Part shown: positions 1 to 14,309 of the stretch, piece by piece
Numbering within the stretch: the first letter of the stretch is position 1
How the letters are laid out: every line of letters begins with the position of its first letter
Source: Camelus dromedarius
Lineage: Eukaryota
Assembly (NCBI RefSeq): GCF_036321535.1
Contig: NC_087436.1
Coordinates: 77,564,001 to 77,628,000, forward strand
Reading direction: 5' to 3'
Length of the DNA: 64,000 bases
Program-made: the position numbers and the translations under genes
The notes under the pieces: model-generated
Told to the model about the DNA's origin: nothing
Seen by the model: only the letters and a program-made list of their open reading frames with translations
Database searches by the model: none

Positions 1-307
1 GTTTTCTGTGTCTATGAGTCTGTTTCTGTTTTGTATACATTTAAATTGGAATGATAAGGCTTACCTATTAGATACTCTGTCCTCTAATATGGCAATGCTT
101 CTTAATGTTTTAACTATTTTAAATATTTTTAAGTATAGGTATTTCAAATATTTAAAATAGTATATTTACAAGATTATTCCCATATTTAGTCCCAACATTT
201 AAGACACTAAAAAACTAATTATGTCATCACAAGTAATTTTTACATTACCTTCCAAATTGAATTTAATGATAGTAAACACGGCACAGAGATCTGAGTTGGG
301 TTCTGGA

Positions 308-662
308 CGTATTTGTTTGCTAGAGCTGTCATGACAAAATACCTCAGACTGGGTGGCTTAAACAGTGAAATTTATATCCTGACAGTTCTGGGTACTGGAA
401 GTCCGAGATCGAGGTCTCAGCAAGGCTGGTTTCTTCTGAGGACCCTCTCCTTGGCTCACAAGCGAGAGACAGGCCACGTGGCAGCTTCTTGCTGTTTCTT
501 CATATGGTCTTTCCTCTGCGCAGGCATCCCTGTCGTCTCTCCAGGTGTCAGAATTTCTTGTTCTTGTGAGGACACCAGTCAGATTGGATTAGACTTCATT
601 TTAACGCAATTACCTCTTTAAATCCCCTATCTCGAAATACAGTCACAATTCAGCCCATAACA
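308..662 (-). mobile_element. MaLR LTR (MLT1A/B-like)
   Basis: GCTGTCATGACAAAATACCTCAGACTGGGTGGCTTAAACA...GGAAGTCCGAGATCGAGG...CACAATTCAGCCCATAACA are typical MLT1 termini in reverse orientation. Confidence 0.8.
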
Positions 663-1731
663 TGGGATATGGACTAGAAACATTCAGGGCATTCTCATGA
701 TTTGAACCTCTTGGCCAAAGCTAAGTGTAGACCTCTGAGGGTTCCAATTTCATGTCTTTTTAAATGAGAGTGGCCTTGGATTCAAATGTCACATTGCCTA
801 ATTTTGTAGCCTGATTTAAGTTTGCAGCACCAACCCAGGTTGACTGATCTTCAATGAATCTATGTAAGGTTTCATTCTATTTCTAAATTGTTTTTATATT
901 CTGTCAACAGAGCCACAACCCCGATAAATGTTTAAATGACATCTCATTGTGTAGAGCTTATCTCTCATGTCTTACCTTGAGCTGTGATCACAGTACTAAG
1001 GTCAAACCAATGCAACTATTGGAAATTGGAAATTCCTTTTATGGAAGCTTATTAGGTTGACTTTTACCCAGTAAAGAAGAGAGAGCAATTAGAGAACTGT
1101 TACGCCTGAGTCCAGGGTACACCAAGAAAGTAATTTTAACTTGAAGCTAATGGTCAGATGCAGGCCAAGAAAAGGGAATATGTGAAATGTATGTGAGAAT
1201 CAGCAGAAGAACGGCGGGCCAAAGACACAGGACCAAAGAATGAGCTAGCCGACCGAAAGGAAATGAAACAAGAAATTGAGCAATGCAATAAAGAGTGAAG
1301 AGCATTAGGAACCAGACTATTTGGCAAGCTGATGTTGGGAATTGGCCAATTCACTTTATCTCTCCAGACTTTGGCTCTTGAAGGTCCCTTCAAAATCCAA
1401 AACATCTATGATTTCTCCTTGCTGTTTTTCTAATCTATTTATAGACTCCCTCAGCTGAATAGAATAGCCTTGCAAGTTAAGTGTAATTTTCTCCAAGTGA
1501 TAGTTTAAGTGTATTGCCCAAGACTCTAGTTGCAAGTGATGGATATCCAATTTGAAGCTTTATTATAAAAACACTGAGATGTCTCCTAGAACTAAAGAAA
1601 GGAATATGTCTGCATCCCAGCAATAATCAAAAGTAAACGTTTGAACACTATCAGAAGTCCCACTCTATCTCACTAATGTGTTTTTCTCTGTGCATCATTA
1701 TTGTCTTCCAACAAAACAGCCTATTTCTCCA

Positions 1732-1864
1732 GACACACACCTCTCTCTCTCCCTCTGCCCCACTCTCTTCTTCTTCTCCCCCTCCCTCTTCCTCCACCCC
1801 CTCCCTCTCCCTCTCTCTCTTCCTCCCTCTTTCCTTCCCTCCTTCCCCCCTTCTCTTTTCTCCC
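1732..1864. repeat. Polypyrimidine (CT-rich) low-complexity tract
   Basis: Nearly pure C/T run. It explains the overlapping S/P/L- and E/G/R-rich ORFs. Confidence 0.9.
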
Positions 1865-3769
1865 AAGTCCAGAATCCCAGAGAAGGGAAACTTGAACTTA
1901 GTATCAATCAGGAGCCCAGCTCCACTAAAATTTGAAATCTAAAATGGTCAGGCTGTGCAGATTTATGTTCCCCATAATTACAACAGCTGTGACAATGTTG
2001 TTAATGAATGAGAATCTTTAGAAAAGCAGGTAATTCTATGACAAAACAATGCACCCAGTTCAATGGAGCAGAGAGTGTGTAGGAGAGAGAAAAGGGAGAA
2101 GTCTGGGATGCCGAGGGGCTCAGTCATTGGAGCAGAAATCATTTTTTCCTCTTTTCGCTGGTGGTGACAACAGAAGGAAAAACAGCTATGGCAATGTGAC
2201 TGGATGAATTCTCTTTTTTGTATGATTCCTGTTTCATAACACAATTTTCTAAGATAAGCAATTCTGTAATCAGAACTGCCTGGTATATGACTGACCTCTT
2301 CAAATTTTATCGTATCTCCCAGAATAATATGATTTAAATTAATCAACCGTAACCAGAAACTAGCTTAATCTCAAGGAAATGAGAAGGAAACATCTACTTA
2401 CTTATTTATGGACCACACAATATTGATTGATTGATTGATTGTGAGCCGGATACTCATCTAGGAGCCCAATAATGAATAAGTGCTTCCCTCAAGAAATTCA
2501 CCAGCTTGGATTAAAACGGAATCTGAGGGATCTTAAGTTTTTACTTTTGTTGCTGATGCTGCTGCTATCCGTGAATGGATTCTGACCTCATTACAGCTAC
2601 CAAAAGATTGTTGTAGCTGTTACATGAATTGGCCAACATTTTCCAGAACCATATTAAGTCATGAGGATGAGGATGCTTGTTTATTGGGAATACCACTAGG
2701 AAAGTATTTCCTAAAGTATGTTCTGTAGCACACTAGTCTTTTTAAAGTATCTTCCAAAAGAAAATATTCTGCAGTCAAGTAAGGTTGTAAAATTGCATAC
2801 CACAGATTTCTCCTAGAGACTCACAATATGACATTTTGTTGACTGTGAGAAGTTCCAAAACAAAGAGAGCTCTCTACGTTTGCTTAAGTTCCCACCCAGA
2901 TTGTCCACTGATCAACACCCCTCCACTTATACCATCAAATATCTATTAGTGTCTGAGTTACTGGAGGTTTTTTGTTGTTGTTTGCAAGCCACAAAAAACA
3001 AATCTCACACATTTAAGCAGAAATGAGAGTATACTAGAATTCAAGGAAGTGACAATAGCCAAGACTCAGGAAAGAAAGAATATAGAATTCTGGAATCCTC
3101 TCTATCAAATACTGACAGTAATAAAGCAGAACTCCAACTACTGCTCAGTCTCTGTCTGTCAGTTCCAAATTTCAAATTCTCAGATGAAATCTGATCACAC
3201 ACAAGGATCAGGAGTCCACCCCTGGATCAGTCAACAATGGTCAAGGTCAGATGGTAGACTTAACGCTCGGAGGTTCATCCCTGCATCTGAAGGGCTGTTT
3301 TTAGAGAGAGGGGGATTATCATGAGTTGAGAAGACACTCAAAGAAATATCTATGAAATCTCTTAAAATTAGAAACACACTTTGTTAAAAACCATTACTAT
3401 GATGACTCTTGATTTAATATTAATATTTTAATTTGGGTGGAAGTGTACTCCTATTCTTAATACTGTTGTGAGACTTAAACAGGAATGGATGTCAATATTT
3501 CTTTCCAAATACTGTTTGCCATCAATTGAAATTATTATTATAAATAAAATTAAGTTATACAATGTACTATGTGGATAAATTTTAAGATGCATTCCAGGTA
3601 AAAATGCTTCTTGAATGATTTTTTTCAATAAACTTTCCAAATTATTTTGCTAGTATATTATTTGAGATTTTTGAAACTCTATTTATGAGAGTACTTTTTA
3701 TGTATGTAGTTTTATTTTCCTCTTTGCTAATGGCAATTTATGGACACTGAATATTGAGTTTTATGTAAT

Positions 3770-4880
3770 TTTTTTAATTAATAGAACTTATTTTCTTGGA
3801 TAAGTTTTTTAGGTTTACAGAAAAATTGAGCAGAAAGTACAGTTTCCATTTACCTCTTATCTCCATATTTATACAGCTTCCTTTATTATTAACATCTTGC
3901 ATTAATGTGAATTAATAAACCAAATTGAAAAATTAACTGAGTTCTATAGTTTACATTGGGGATCACTCTTTGTGTTGTCATTCAGTCTATGGGTTTTGAC
4001 GAATGTGTACTGTTTGGTATTCACCATAACAGTATCAAAGCAGATATCCAAATATCAACCCCCAAATATTCTCTATGCCCCAACTACTCCTCACTCCCCC
4101 CCTATGACCTTTGACCTCTGGCAACCATTTATCTTTTTTTTGTTTCTATAGTTTTGCCTTTTCCAGAATGTCATATAGTTGGAATCGTATAGTGCATAGC
4201 CCATTCATGTTGGCTTTCTTCACTTAACAGTATGCATCTTAGCTTCCTCCATGTCTTTTTATGGCTGGGGAGCTCATTTCTTTTTAGTGCAGGATAATAG
4301 TCCATGGTCTGGATGTACCACAGTTTATTTGTCCACTCACCTACCGAAGGACATCTTGGTTGCTAAGTTTTGGCAGTGATGACATAAGGTGGCTATAAAC
4401 ATTCATGTGCAGGTTTTTGTGTGGACATGGGTTTTCAACTCATTTGGGTAAACATCTAGGACTGTGATTGCTGGATCATATAGTAAGACTGTGTTTACCT
4501 TTGTAAGAAACTGTCAAACTATCTCCCAAAGTGTCTGTACCACCAGCAGTGAATGATAGTTGTTCTATATCCTTGTCAGCATTTGATGGTGTCAGTGTTC
4601 TGGATTGTAGCCTTTCTAATAGATATGTAATAGTAGCTCATTTTTTAATTTGCAATTTCCTAAATGACATATGATATTGAGCATCTTTTCATATGCTCAT
4701 TTTCCATCTGGATATCTTTATTGGGGTATCTGTTAAATATTTTGTTCATTTTTTTTAATTGGGCTGTTTTCTTATTGTTAAAATTTAAGAATTCTTTGTT
4801 TATTTTGGATATAAGTCCTTTATCAAATATGTTTTGTAAATATTTTTTCCCAATCTGGCTTTTCTTTTCATCCTCTTAAA
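3770..4880 (-). mobile_element. Old L1 3' end (L1MC/L1MB-like), ORF2 C-terminus plus 3'UTR remnant
   Basis: TTTAGGTTTACAGAAAAATTGAGCAGAAAGTAC...TTTGCCTTTTCCAGAATGTCATATAGTTGGAATC...GATTGCTGGATCATATAGTAAG...GAGCATCTTTTCATATG are reverse-strand L1 signatures. Confidence 0.85.
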
Positions 4881-6517
4881 GGATATGTATAGTTTTTTCA
4901 CACTATCTTTAACAGACTTTCAAAGTGGGCTTCTTCCATATTCTAGAAAAGTTTTTTATATAGAATTCAGATTATCTTTTTTTTAAAGTTTCTTAACAGT
5001 AAAACCACATGGTTCAAAAATTTTCAGAAGAAAAACTGTGATTATTTCTTATGAGAGAAGATAATAGTTTTCGAGTCAACTTTGAATGTTAATTTTTTTC
5101 TCAGAAAAATAATACTTCTTCGAAATTTTCTAATATATTTTCATAGAATAGTGTATAATATCTTTGTAGTTTATTTCCTCTATACCTTTCTGTGATATTA
5201 AATATTTAATTCCTATTTTTAAAATTTGTGTTGTACCTTTGGTCTTAATTATATTTTAAGAGATTTGGTTTTAAAGGGCTTACCATTTTATTTTTTAATT
5301 GATTCTGATTCTGATTAATTTGTTTCTATTTTTATTCTTCATCAGATCCTTCTTTATGTCTTTTTAGGTGTATTTTGTTGTTGTTGTTGTTTTTTCCAGA
5401 ATCCTAGAGTTGTGATTAATCATTTATTTTTATTTCTGCTTTTTTAAAAAATGAAACCTTTTAACATAAAATCTTTCCTTCAGAGAAGAGCTTTGGCCAC
5501 ATCAAAAAATTTTGAGAATTAGTGTTCTCATTTTTTCTTATATTATAAGTACTCATATGTGTAGGTTTGCACCTGCCTTTAGCCCTAAATTTTTGCTGGA
5601 TTTTTTTAAATTTCAAAATAATCCTAATTTCTTTTCTCTAAACTTGTGAACATGGTTTCTAATTTTAGTGCATTGTTGTCAAAGAACCTTGCCTTGGCTG
5701 TTCTCACTTCGGGAATTTTATTGATATTTCTTTTGTAACTTAGCTTACAGTTAGTTTTATATTTTTAGTTTAATGTTCTGGAGACGGTTAAAAAATTGCA
5801 CATTGTTTTAATATGTATTTAAACTTTATTAACATAATATCCAAGTACATATATCTCTCATTTTATGTGTATATCTGTGTATGTATGTACATATGTATGA
5901 ATGCATATATTTAGGCCCATCAAAGGCTAATAGATAGCCAAGTTTTCTACTAAAAATAATGTTTATCTTTCCTTGTAAATCTAACAATTTTTGCTCAATT
6001 AGTTTTGAAACTCTTCTTTTGCTATTCTTCCTGAACATTGTCAGCATGGATTATACCTTTACTAAATGAAAAAAACAAACAAAAAAAACCCTTCAATTTC
6101 CTTTTTTGAAAAAACTGGAATCCTTTATTTTTCTGAAATTTAAAATATCAACCATAGTTTATTTCTGTTTTTATTTGTCTGATAAATGAGTGCCCAACTC
6201 CCAATATTTTTTAGTATTTATTAATGTAATCTGGAGGCAGAGGCCTATATCATTATCATTTTCAATATATCTTCTCTCTCAGTAATATTTACCCAAACTT
6301 AAAATCAGTTTTGTAGCAGTACTTATGATAGTTGTTCTCAATTCTATTTTTAAAAAGTACTTGAATGTCACCTTCAGTCCTTTTATAGAATGAAATCCAG
6401 ATTCTTAAATCTGAATTTTATCATTTTTTAATTCCAAAATTACATTTATATTCTCATGGCAAATAACTCAAACAGAATTGAAAAACAGAAAAATGGAAGT
6501 AAAGTCTTCTTCTTCAC

Positions 6518-6645
6518 AGAAGGTCAGAGATAGGGTGAAGTGAGTTAGATACCTGGGCACCAAATTGAAGGAGACACTCAATCTCGGGGTGCTTCCTCCA
6601 ATCTGTAGTCCAGGTGCCTCATTCGCCTCACCCTGGTTCTGGCCC
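6518..6645. mobile_element. Palindromic hAT MITE (MER96/MER96B-like)
   Basis: Inverted arms AGGGTGAAGTGAG...ACCTGGGCAC and CCAGGTGCCTCATTCGCCTCACCCT. Confidence 0.65.
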
Positions 6646-6889
6646 GGCTTTCTTATATTCATTCCATTACAGATAAGACACCACTGCTAATGGTTTCTTG
6701 TCTTTCTTTTCAGAAAACTGATTGCATGTAATATGAGTGTGTGGGGGTTTTTTCTAATTACTTGGGATCATTGCTACATGCTGCTCCTCATAGCTCCACA
6801 CTTAGCATGAGGGTCACCCTCTCACCTCAGTAAATATTCATTAAGATGCCTAGTGTTCTGGGCACATAAGCGGCACAAATAAAGACCAT

Positions 6890-8000
6890 ATGAACATGAA
6901 CGTATTTCAGTCTTCCTAAGTATTGCTTGCTATTGCAGTGTGTGGATGCACCATGTTTCAACCAGTCTGATATTGATGATGTTTAAGTATTTGTTGTCAC
7001 AAACTGTATTTTTGCTAACATTCTTTTTCATGTATTTTTCTGCCATGAAGTAAATATACATGTAAGAGAAAGGCCTGAACACAAAACTGCTGAGTCAAAA
7101 GTGTGTCTGAATGTTGATAGGTATCAAATTGCCATCCCAAAATGTTGCACCGATTCATAACCCTAAAGTGTGTTTGAAGGTGCATCTTTCCACTCGTTGA
7201 TAATGCATCTTAGCAATCTTTTTATTATCTGCCTCTCTAATAGTTAAATATTTGTTTTCCATTGTCATTTTAAGTTGTATTTCTTGAATTATAAGTGAGT
7301 TTGAGCATATTCCCCTGTATTTATTGAATGCCTTCATATATTTTTGCATTTTTGCCTATTTCTTACTTTGATGTTCTTTGTTTTCTAATTGATTTGGAGA
7401 AGTTTGGGATAATATAAGGATTATTTTTTCTGAAATATGTGATGTAAGTGTTTTTCTCAGTTGCCTTATTGTTATTTGATTTTCTATGGTAACTTTTGTT
7501 GTGCAAAAGGATTTGATTTTTAAGTAGTCAAGTTCAATTGTGCTTAGCTTTTATATTTCATGGCAGAAAGACTTCCCCACTCCAAGATGGTAATAACTTT
7601 TAAAATTTCCTTCTGATACTTTTGTTGTGATTAAGATGTACATTTCTGTCCATTTTTAAATTTATTTTGATATAAGGGATGATGCAGGAATTTAATAACA
7701 TAAATTTTTTTCTCAAATAGCTATCATTTTCCCCAGTATTTTTCAAAATAATTCACTTTTGCTTCACTAATTTAAAAATCCCAAGTTTGTCATAATAAAT
7801 TCACCCCTTTTTTAGTTTTTCTCTAGTATTTGTATCTTATGTATTGCTGGGTCATCACATGCTTTAATTTCTTTTGTCTTAAATTAGCTTTTAGTATCTT
7901 TTAGGGAAAGGTCATCTTTATTACATTTTTTTTTTACAGTTCACACAATGAATTTTTACTTCACCTTTAATATCATTTTTCAAATTCCAAATGAGCATAT
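6890..8000 (-). mobile_element. Highly diverged L1 (L1ME-like) fragment
   Basis: T-rich, with degenerate L1 motifs such as GTTGTATTTCTTGAATTATAAGTGAGTTTGAGCAT and TTCCCCACTCCAAGAT. Confidence 0.55.
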
Positions 8001-8713
8001 AAGGATTAAATAGGCAGTTAATATAAGCATTTGGAATAATATGTCACATAGTAAATACTTAATAAATTCTAGCCTCTTTAATTGGCCAGTGCAGTAAAAT
8101 CTATCTAGACCTTGAGCTGTTACCAGAGAAGATAGTGACATTTCCATTGTCTCCACTCACTCTGCACTTGGATGTCTCTTGAATTCTCTACACACATATA
8201 TTCCTCAACCACAGCAGAACACACGTGGCTGTCCTTAGAAGTCATTTATATGATGGAGCTGTCCTGGGCTGAGTGCGGACTTTCTCCTATGCTCATGATG
8301 CCAAACACCAAAAGATATCGTGGCAACTGTTATTCCCAGGAGGCACTTTTACCAAGATTCTTCCTGTCTGCCCAAGGGTACCGTACCTGGGGCACTCATA
8401 CGTACCACTGCAAGGGTTCCCTCGTCGTCTTGTCCAGTTGTTTTAAGACTGGTAGAATAGTGGTACCCAGGTCAGAGAGCGATGCTTCTTAAGTAGTATT
8501 CTTAAAAGCCTTAAAGGCCATCTCAAAGGACAGTAGAAGGCAGAGCTAATGGAGCTCCAAGACTCCTATGTCTTTTCAGCCATAACAGCTCTCCTTTATG
8601 TTTCAAGAATACTTCACTGGGACAAATAGTGAAATTATTTTTTAAAGAAAGTTGGGGGAGGGTAGGACAAAGCAGCAGAGAGACTCCTGTCCAGCTCTTT
8701 AGTTAGTACAGAC

Positions 8714-8921
8714 CAGGGTTTCTCAACATCAGCACGATTCACATCTTGGGCTACATGCTTATTTATCGGAGGGGGTATATTCTGTGAACTGTAGAATGTA
8801 CAGCAACATCTTTTGCCTCTAGCTAGTAGCAATCCTAGCACAATTGTGACAGAAGAAAATGTCTGCAGACATTGTCAAATATTGCATGGTTGGCAAAACT
8901 GTCACCAGTTGACAACCACTG
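8714..8921 (+). mobile_element. MER20 hAT-Charlie DNA transposon
   Basis: CAGGGTTTCTCAAC...GTTGACAACCACTG terminal inverted repeats, internal AAATGTCTGCAGACATTGTCAAAT, and an 8-bp TSD GTACAGAC (8706-8713) / GTATAGAC (8922-8929). Confidence 0.9.
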
Positions 8922-9323
8922 GTATAGACTGTGCCTTTGTGTAGTGAGGCCATAACAGTGGATGCACGAAGCACCTCAAATCTTCCTTCAGTTCGACAAA
9001 TTTGCTTTTGATAACAGGTTATCACTTTCAATCCACTTCATCAGACTTTAATTAGTAGAGGTTCCCTCCAGACTCTATTAGATTTACCGATTTAGTGTTT
9101 ATAAGGTTAGGAAAACTGTGTCAAGTCCTCTTAGTGTGATAGCATTTAATACCAGCCTCCCTGAAGACTTTAAATTGTAAGTTACTTGCATAGTAATAAG
9201 AAACATAATTATCAGTTAATGACAAACAAAAAATAAACATAAAACAATTAAACAATGTTTTCTCATTGGTAAGTTTCAGCCTTCAGTAGCCTATCAACAC
9301 ACGCATAAGAAGTGGACGCCTGG

Positions 9324-9429
9324 AGGGAGGTGGGGTCTAGCTCAGTGGTAGAGCGCATGCTTAGCATGCGCAAGGGCCTGAGTTCAATCCCCAGTAACTC
9401 CTTAAACAGCAAAAAAATAAATAAAAAGA
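9324..9429 (+). mobile_element. tRNA-Ala(AGC)-derived SINE (camelid vic-1 type)
   Basis: A box TAGCTCAGTGG, loop TTAGCAT, B box GTTCAATCC, A-rich tail. TSD AAGAAGTGGACGCCTGG (9307-9323) / AAGACGTGGACACCTGG (9430-9446). Confidence 0.9.
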
Positions 9430-10173
9430 AAGACGTGGACACCTGGTAACTGTGATGTTAGTCTTCCACTTCTACTTCTCTCTCACCTCATCAGTTTGGA
9501 TCCTTAATTTCTCCAAAATTTCATTTGCTTTGTTCTTATACTTTGGAATATAGATCAGTGAATACTACAGCTTTCAAACCTTCCTTTTGGCTCTCCAAAT
9601 CCTTGCCACTATAGTTCTTATTTTAATAATATCTATTCTTAAAGACACAACTGTCAATTTTTAAAGAAGAACAGTATTTCATTTACTACTCAAATGGCTC
9701 ATAACTGAAAAAAGAACAATATTTGAAAGATTTCCTCTTCTCAGAAATAATCTCCTTCCAAAAAAATCTGAACATTCAGCCAGTAATGTGTTATGGTTAT
9801 TTCTTTCAGGAAATCAAATAAGTAGGTATTTACTAATCTGATTATGTAATGAGTAATATTTAAAATTGAAAAATAATTTTGCTTTTTCTTGGCAGTTTAT
9901 TAACACCATAGCTGGCATGTAATGATGAAAAAAAATGCACTTACTATGAAAGTTATAACCACATGTCAAGGTTAAAAGATCAGTGGGTTTATAAACAAAA
10001 TTTTTAGTTTTTAATTTGCCAATTATTTTTAAATTGGTCAGTGTTTCTTTCAAATTATCACTATAAGATGGATGATGAGAAATTCCAGTCTAAGTCCAAA
10101 GTGCACTAAGGAAGCTGAAAACTTAGAAAATCAGGTACATATGGTGGGGGTCGGGCAGGGAATCAAAAACCTT

Positions 10174-10345
10174 CAAGGTAAACAACAAGGTCCTACTGTA
10201 TTGCACAGGGAACTATATTCAATATCCTGTAATAAACCATAATGGAAAAGAATATTAAAAAGTATATATATGTATAAATGAATCACTTTACTGGACACCA
10301 GAAACAAACACAGTATTGTACATCAGCTATGCTTCAATAAAAACA
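10174..10345 (+). mobile_element. 5'-truncated L1 3'UTR (laurasiatherian/artiodactyl-type)
   Basis: AAACAACAAGGTCCTACTGTATTGCACAGGGAACTATATTCAATATCCTGTAATAAACCATAATGGAAAAGAATAT...CTTCAATAAAAA. Confidence 0.85.
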
Positions 10346-12029
10346 GTCAATCAATCAGTCAATCAATCAAACACCAAAAAAAAAAAAAGGATTTTGGAAA
10401 TGTAAGTGACAAAAGCCTGCAATTTTGAATTCCTGTACGTAAAGGCACATTTTCTAAATTCTGCAACTGTTATTGCTGACTATAACTCTGCCCAGCCAGA
10501 GCTGTGATGCAAAGTAAAAAGGTACCATATGCCTTCCTTCTCCCATGTCATGGAGAACCAACACATCCCAGAAACTTTCACCAGCCTTAGCCTTAGAAGA
10601 TTCAAGTTCATTTTCTGATGTTCTACCCCCTGCAATTTACTTAAGCTCTGTAGCCGCTCTGGGCCCTTCTTCAGCTGTGCAGCTCTCACATGTCCTAATT
10701 CCTTGACTGTAGTCGAACACTGTTTAGAATATTGTACAGGGGCCTTCCACTCAGATGGGTTTAGGGCTAGTTTGTGAGTACTCCTCCAGTTCTCCCCTGG
10801 TGGTTCTGCATGCAGCTCACCCTACCTGAAGGCCTACATCTGAAACTGTCACACACCGTTAAGGGCCTAGAAAAATGAACAGTCACTACCTTAGCAATGA
10901 CATTGTTGAAATGTATTTTCGTTTATTCATCCATCCAACAAATACTTACTAAGCACCTACTATGTGCCAGGCCATCTTCTGAGCCCCAGAACTGGAGCGG
11001 TAAACAATATAGTCAAAGCCCCTGATTCCCAGGGATCTTACCTTCCAGTGAGAAACACAGACAGTAGACAAAGAAACAGCCAAGAATAGCATTATTCTCT
11101 AACCTTAAACTGTGCTTCCAAGACTGAGGAATAATTGTCATATCATATAAGGAGCAATGATTTTGAACACAAGAGACTAGCATTTGTGTGCCGGTTTATT
11201 CACTTGTTAGCTGAATTATTTTAAGGAAATCACAATTTAATTTTCCAATCCTCAGTTTCCCCACATGAAAAAAGGCATAATCATATACATTATCATTAGA
11301 ATTAACTGATATAAGACCTGAAACAACCACTTGCAATAAAACATTGAAAAGAGAGAAAAATGTTTCTAAGGTTAAAGTTCTCTTCAAACAATACATTCTT
11401 TTTCTAGTACTGTGTCTTCTTTTAATTGTCCTTTTTATGGTTAGTGAACAATTCAAAAATACCCAAAAGTGCAGAATGCTTCCTGTCGTCCAGTAGAAAC
11501 TTACCCTGATGCTCTGTCAGCTTCAGTGGAGCATCAGCAGGCAATGGCAGAACCACACAGGCGCGGGGCCAGGAAAGAGGTGGCTGAACCCCAAATTAAA
11601 CACAGATGATCCTATCTCAACTGTTAGCATTTTTGAGAAGCAAACCTCAATACCCTGCTATTAGACCGAGATTCCAGTGCTTGAGATTTTGATCTGTTTC
11701 TTTGAAATAAATGCAACCACTTCAAAAATGCCAGAGAAATTTACTAAACATAATGAAATTTAGGGCGGAAATGTTAAATGCCAACTCATATTTTTGCATT
11801 TCAGTCTGAAAGCTGACAACATAAAATAAGAAAATATTATAAATTAGAGTCCAGTATAAGGACTACCAACTTTGCTCCATTAATTGCATTCATTTGGCAA
11901 GATACAAACTGTTTTTTATTTTTATAATGAATTTTACATCAAGATGTTTTATCTCAGTTGTTATACCACATAGTCAGGAGGGGTATGTGTAGTTTCCTGA
12001 TACAGGAACATATATTTTTACTAGATTTC

Positions 12030-13535
12030 TATGCCTCAGCCTGTCTCCCAGAACTCAGATGCATGTTACCAACTGCCTGTTGGATTTTCCTGCCTGAATA
12101 ATTCACTGGCACATTAAGCTCAACAAATTCAAGATGGAATTCGTATTTCTTTTTAAATTTTCTCCTTCTCCTGATATTTCTCTTCCCACTGACATCATCC
12201 TCTGATATCCAATAACCTCTACGTAAGTCCAAAGTCTGTCTAGTAGATCTCCAATCATGTGTCAGCTCCTTCTTTACATTCTCACCACCACCGCCCTAGC
12301 CCAATCCCATCCTGTCCCTTACCTAGGCCAGATCAAAAGCCACCTAATTTGTTCTCAAGACAAGCCTCCTTCCAGTTTTAGTCCACCTGCATGGTGAAAG
12401 ACAGAATAATGGCCCCCAGATAAGGCCATGTCCTAATCCCAAGAACCTGTGGCTATGTCACCTTACATAGAAAAAAGGGGACTTTGCAGATGTGATTAAG
12501 GTTAAGGACTTTTAGATAGGGAGATCCTCATGGATTATTCAGGTGGGCCCAACCTAATGACAAATTCTTAAAATTATAGAGAAGCGTTCCTCATGTGATC
12601 TGAAGACAGTGTGACTAAATAAAAAGGTTCAGAAGGATGTAAGTTTGCTGGCTTTGAAGACGGAGGGAGGGGGCCACAAGGAATGCAAGTAGCCTCTGGA
12701 AGCTGGAAATGGCAAAAAAAAAAAAAAAAAAAAACAACAACAACAAAAAAAGGCGGAATACACAGGGAATCATTCTCCCATACTGCCTCCATAAAGGGAC
12801 ACAGTCCTACAGACACTTTGACTTTAGTCCAGCAAGACCTGTTTCATACTTCTGACCTACAGAAACATAAGATAGTAATTCTTTGTTATGGTATTAAATT
12901 TACATTAATTTGCAACAGCAGCAATGGAAAATGAATGAATACTCATGTGCTGCTAGTTTAATCAATTTAAGAACATCCCTATTCTCTTATTCTAGCTCAA
13001 GACTCTGTAGCAACCCTTCGCCTGCCAAGTGTAATTCAAATGACTCAACATTACATACAAAAGAATTTATAATTTTATCGCAGACAACTTCCATTATTTC
13101 CCTTCACCATTACCTACTTAAGCTACTCCCCAAATCAGTCTTTCACTTTCCCACCACTGTGCCTTTGCACGTCTTTTGTCTGGAATCACTTCCTCTTCAT
13201 CTCCTCTTGCTGCAATTCTAGTTGTTCTTCAAATTCAAAATCCACTACCATCTCCTCTAAGTGGTCTTTTCTGATTTCTCTAGCGGGAAATGAATCATCT
13301 TTCTCTTCTGTGCTTTCTTTACCACAGTTTATGTCTTTTAATTTTGTTTTAGTTCCTTCTACAATATTTAGGCAGAAATGTTGTTTTGTCCTTATTAAAT
13401 CTATGAGGTTTTCAAGAGCAAGAATCTTGACTTTTATCTTTGAACTTCTAATGCGCTGAGTTCAGGTCACTGCACTAAATAAATACTCCAGAATTTTTTT
13501 GGTGAACAAAAAGAATAAAAGAATGAATAAATAAG
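12030..13535 (+). mobile_element. L2 LINE remnant interrupted by an MLT1D LTR
   Basis: CCAACTGCCTGTTGGATTTTCC...CACATTAAGCTCAACAAATTCAAGATGGAATTC resembles L2 ORF2. It ends in an L2-like GAATGAAT/AAATAAA tail. Confidence 0.65.
12393..12942 (+). mobile_element. MLT1D MaLR LTR
   Basis: CAGAATAATGGCCCCC...GTCCTAATCCCAAGAACCTGTG...GGGACTTTGCAGATGTGATTAAG...CTTCTGACCTACAGAA...CAGCAGCAATGGAAA. Confidence 0.88.
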
Positions 13536-14309
13536 TATAGAAAATGCACACATTTACATCATTTCCTCTTGAGTAGTTTAAAGAAGAATTAGTATAACAT
13601 ATCTGATCTGCTTTAAAAGGAACATTTCAGATATTTTTTAAACTAATTTTATTGAATTACCTTTATGGTACTAAAGAGTAAATATCATATTATGGTCTTA
13701 AGAGGCAGTCATAATAAAAATCTTCTGATATAACAATATCATCTGGGTCTATGACATAACAATGCAATAAACATTGTAGATAATCTTTAAACCATGAGCA
13801 TTCTTGTAGTCTGAACAATACCCCTACAGTCGATACAGTTCTTTAAGGGTGTTCCAATGTTTGTTTCTCTGATTTGCTTATTTTTCCATATTTTGAAAAT
13901 GACAATATTGTTGCTTCTAAACAATGTCAGCCCAGAGCCTTAGGCGACAGAGTGAGACAAATGTGCCAAACATATGGACGACAGGGGAATGATTTCCCCA
14001 GAAATGATAACCACAAGAAAGTTTTAAGAATGTCCTCTTTGGCTTTGGGACTTTTGAGGCAAAAAATCTGCAAGTTATGTGGGCTGATGTGGGAGTCATA
14101 AAAAAGAAAAGGGACAAGAAAGTGGGTTCAATAGATTCAGAAAAGAGAATCACCTTCTCGACGTACAAAATAATTTCATTATTTCTACAGAAGATTGAGT
14201 CTACCCCTAAAATGGCTCTGTTGGAAAGTGATATTTCTGTGAAATAAGAAAATCATTGCTGTTGGACCGAACCACATTTGGGAGACATTAATGAAGAAAT
14301 AATTCAATT

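Noticed and set aside
1651..1942. Cluster of short ORFs
   Set aside because: Products of the CT-rich tract.
9331..9402. Functional tRNA-Ala gene
   Set aside because: Acceptor, anticodon and T stems have several mismatches. The A tail and TSD show it is a retroposed SINE.
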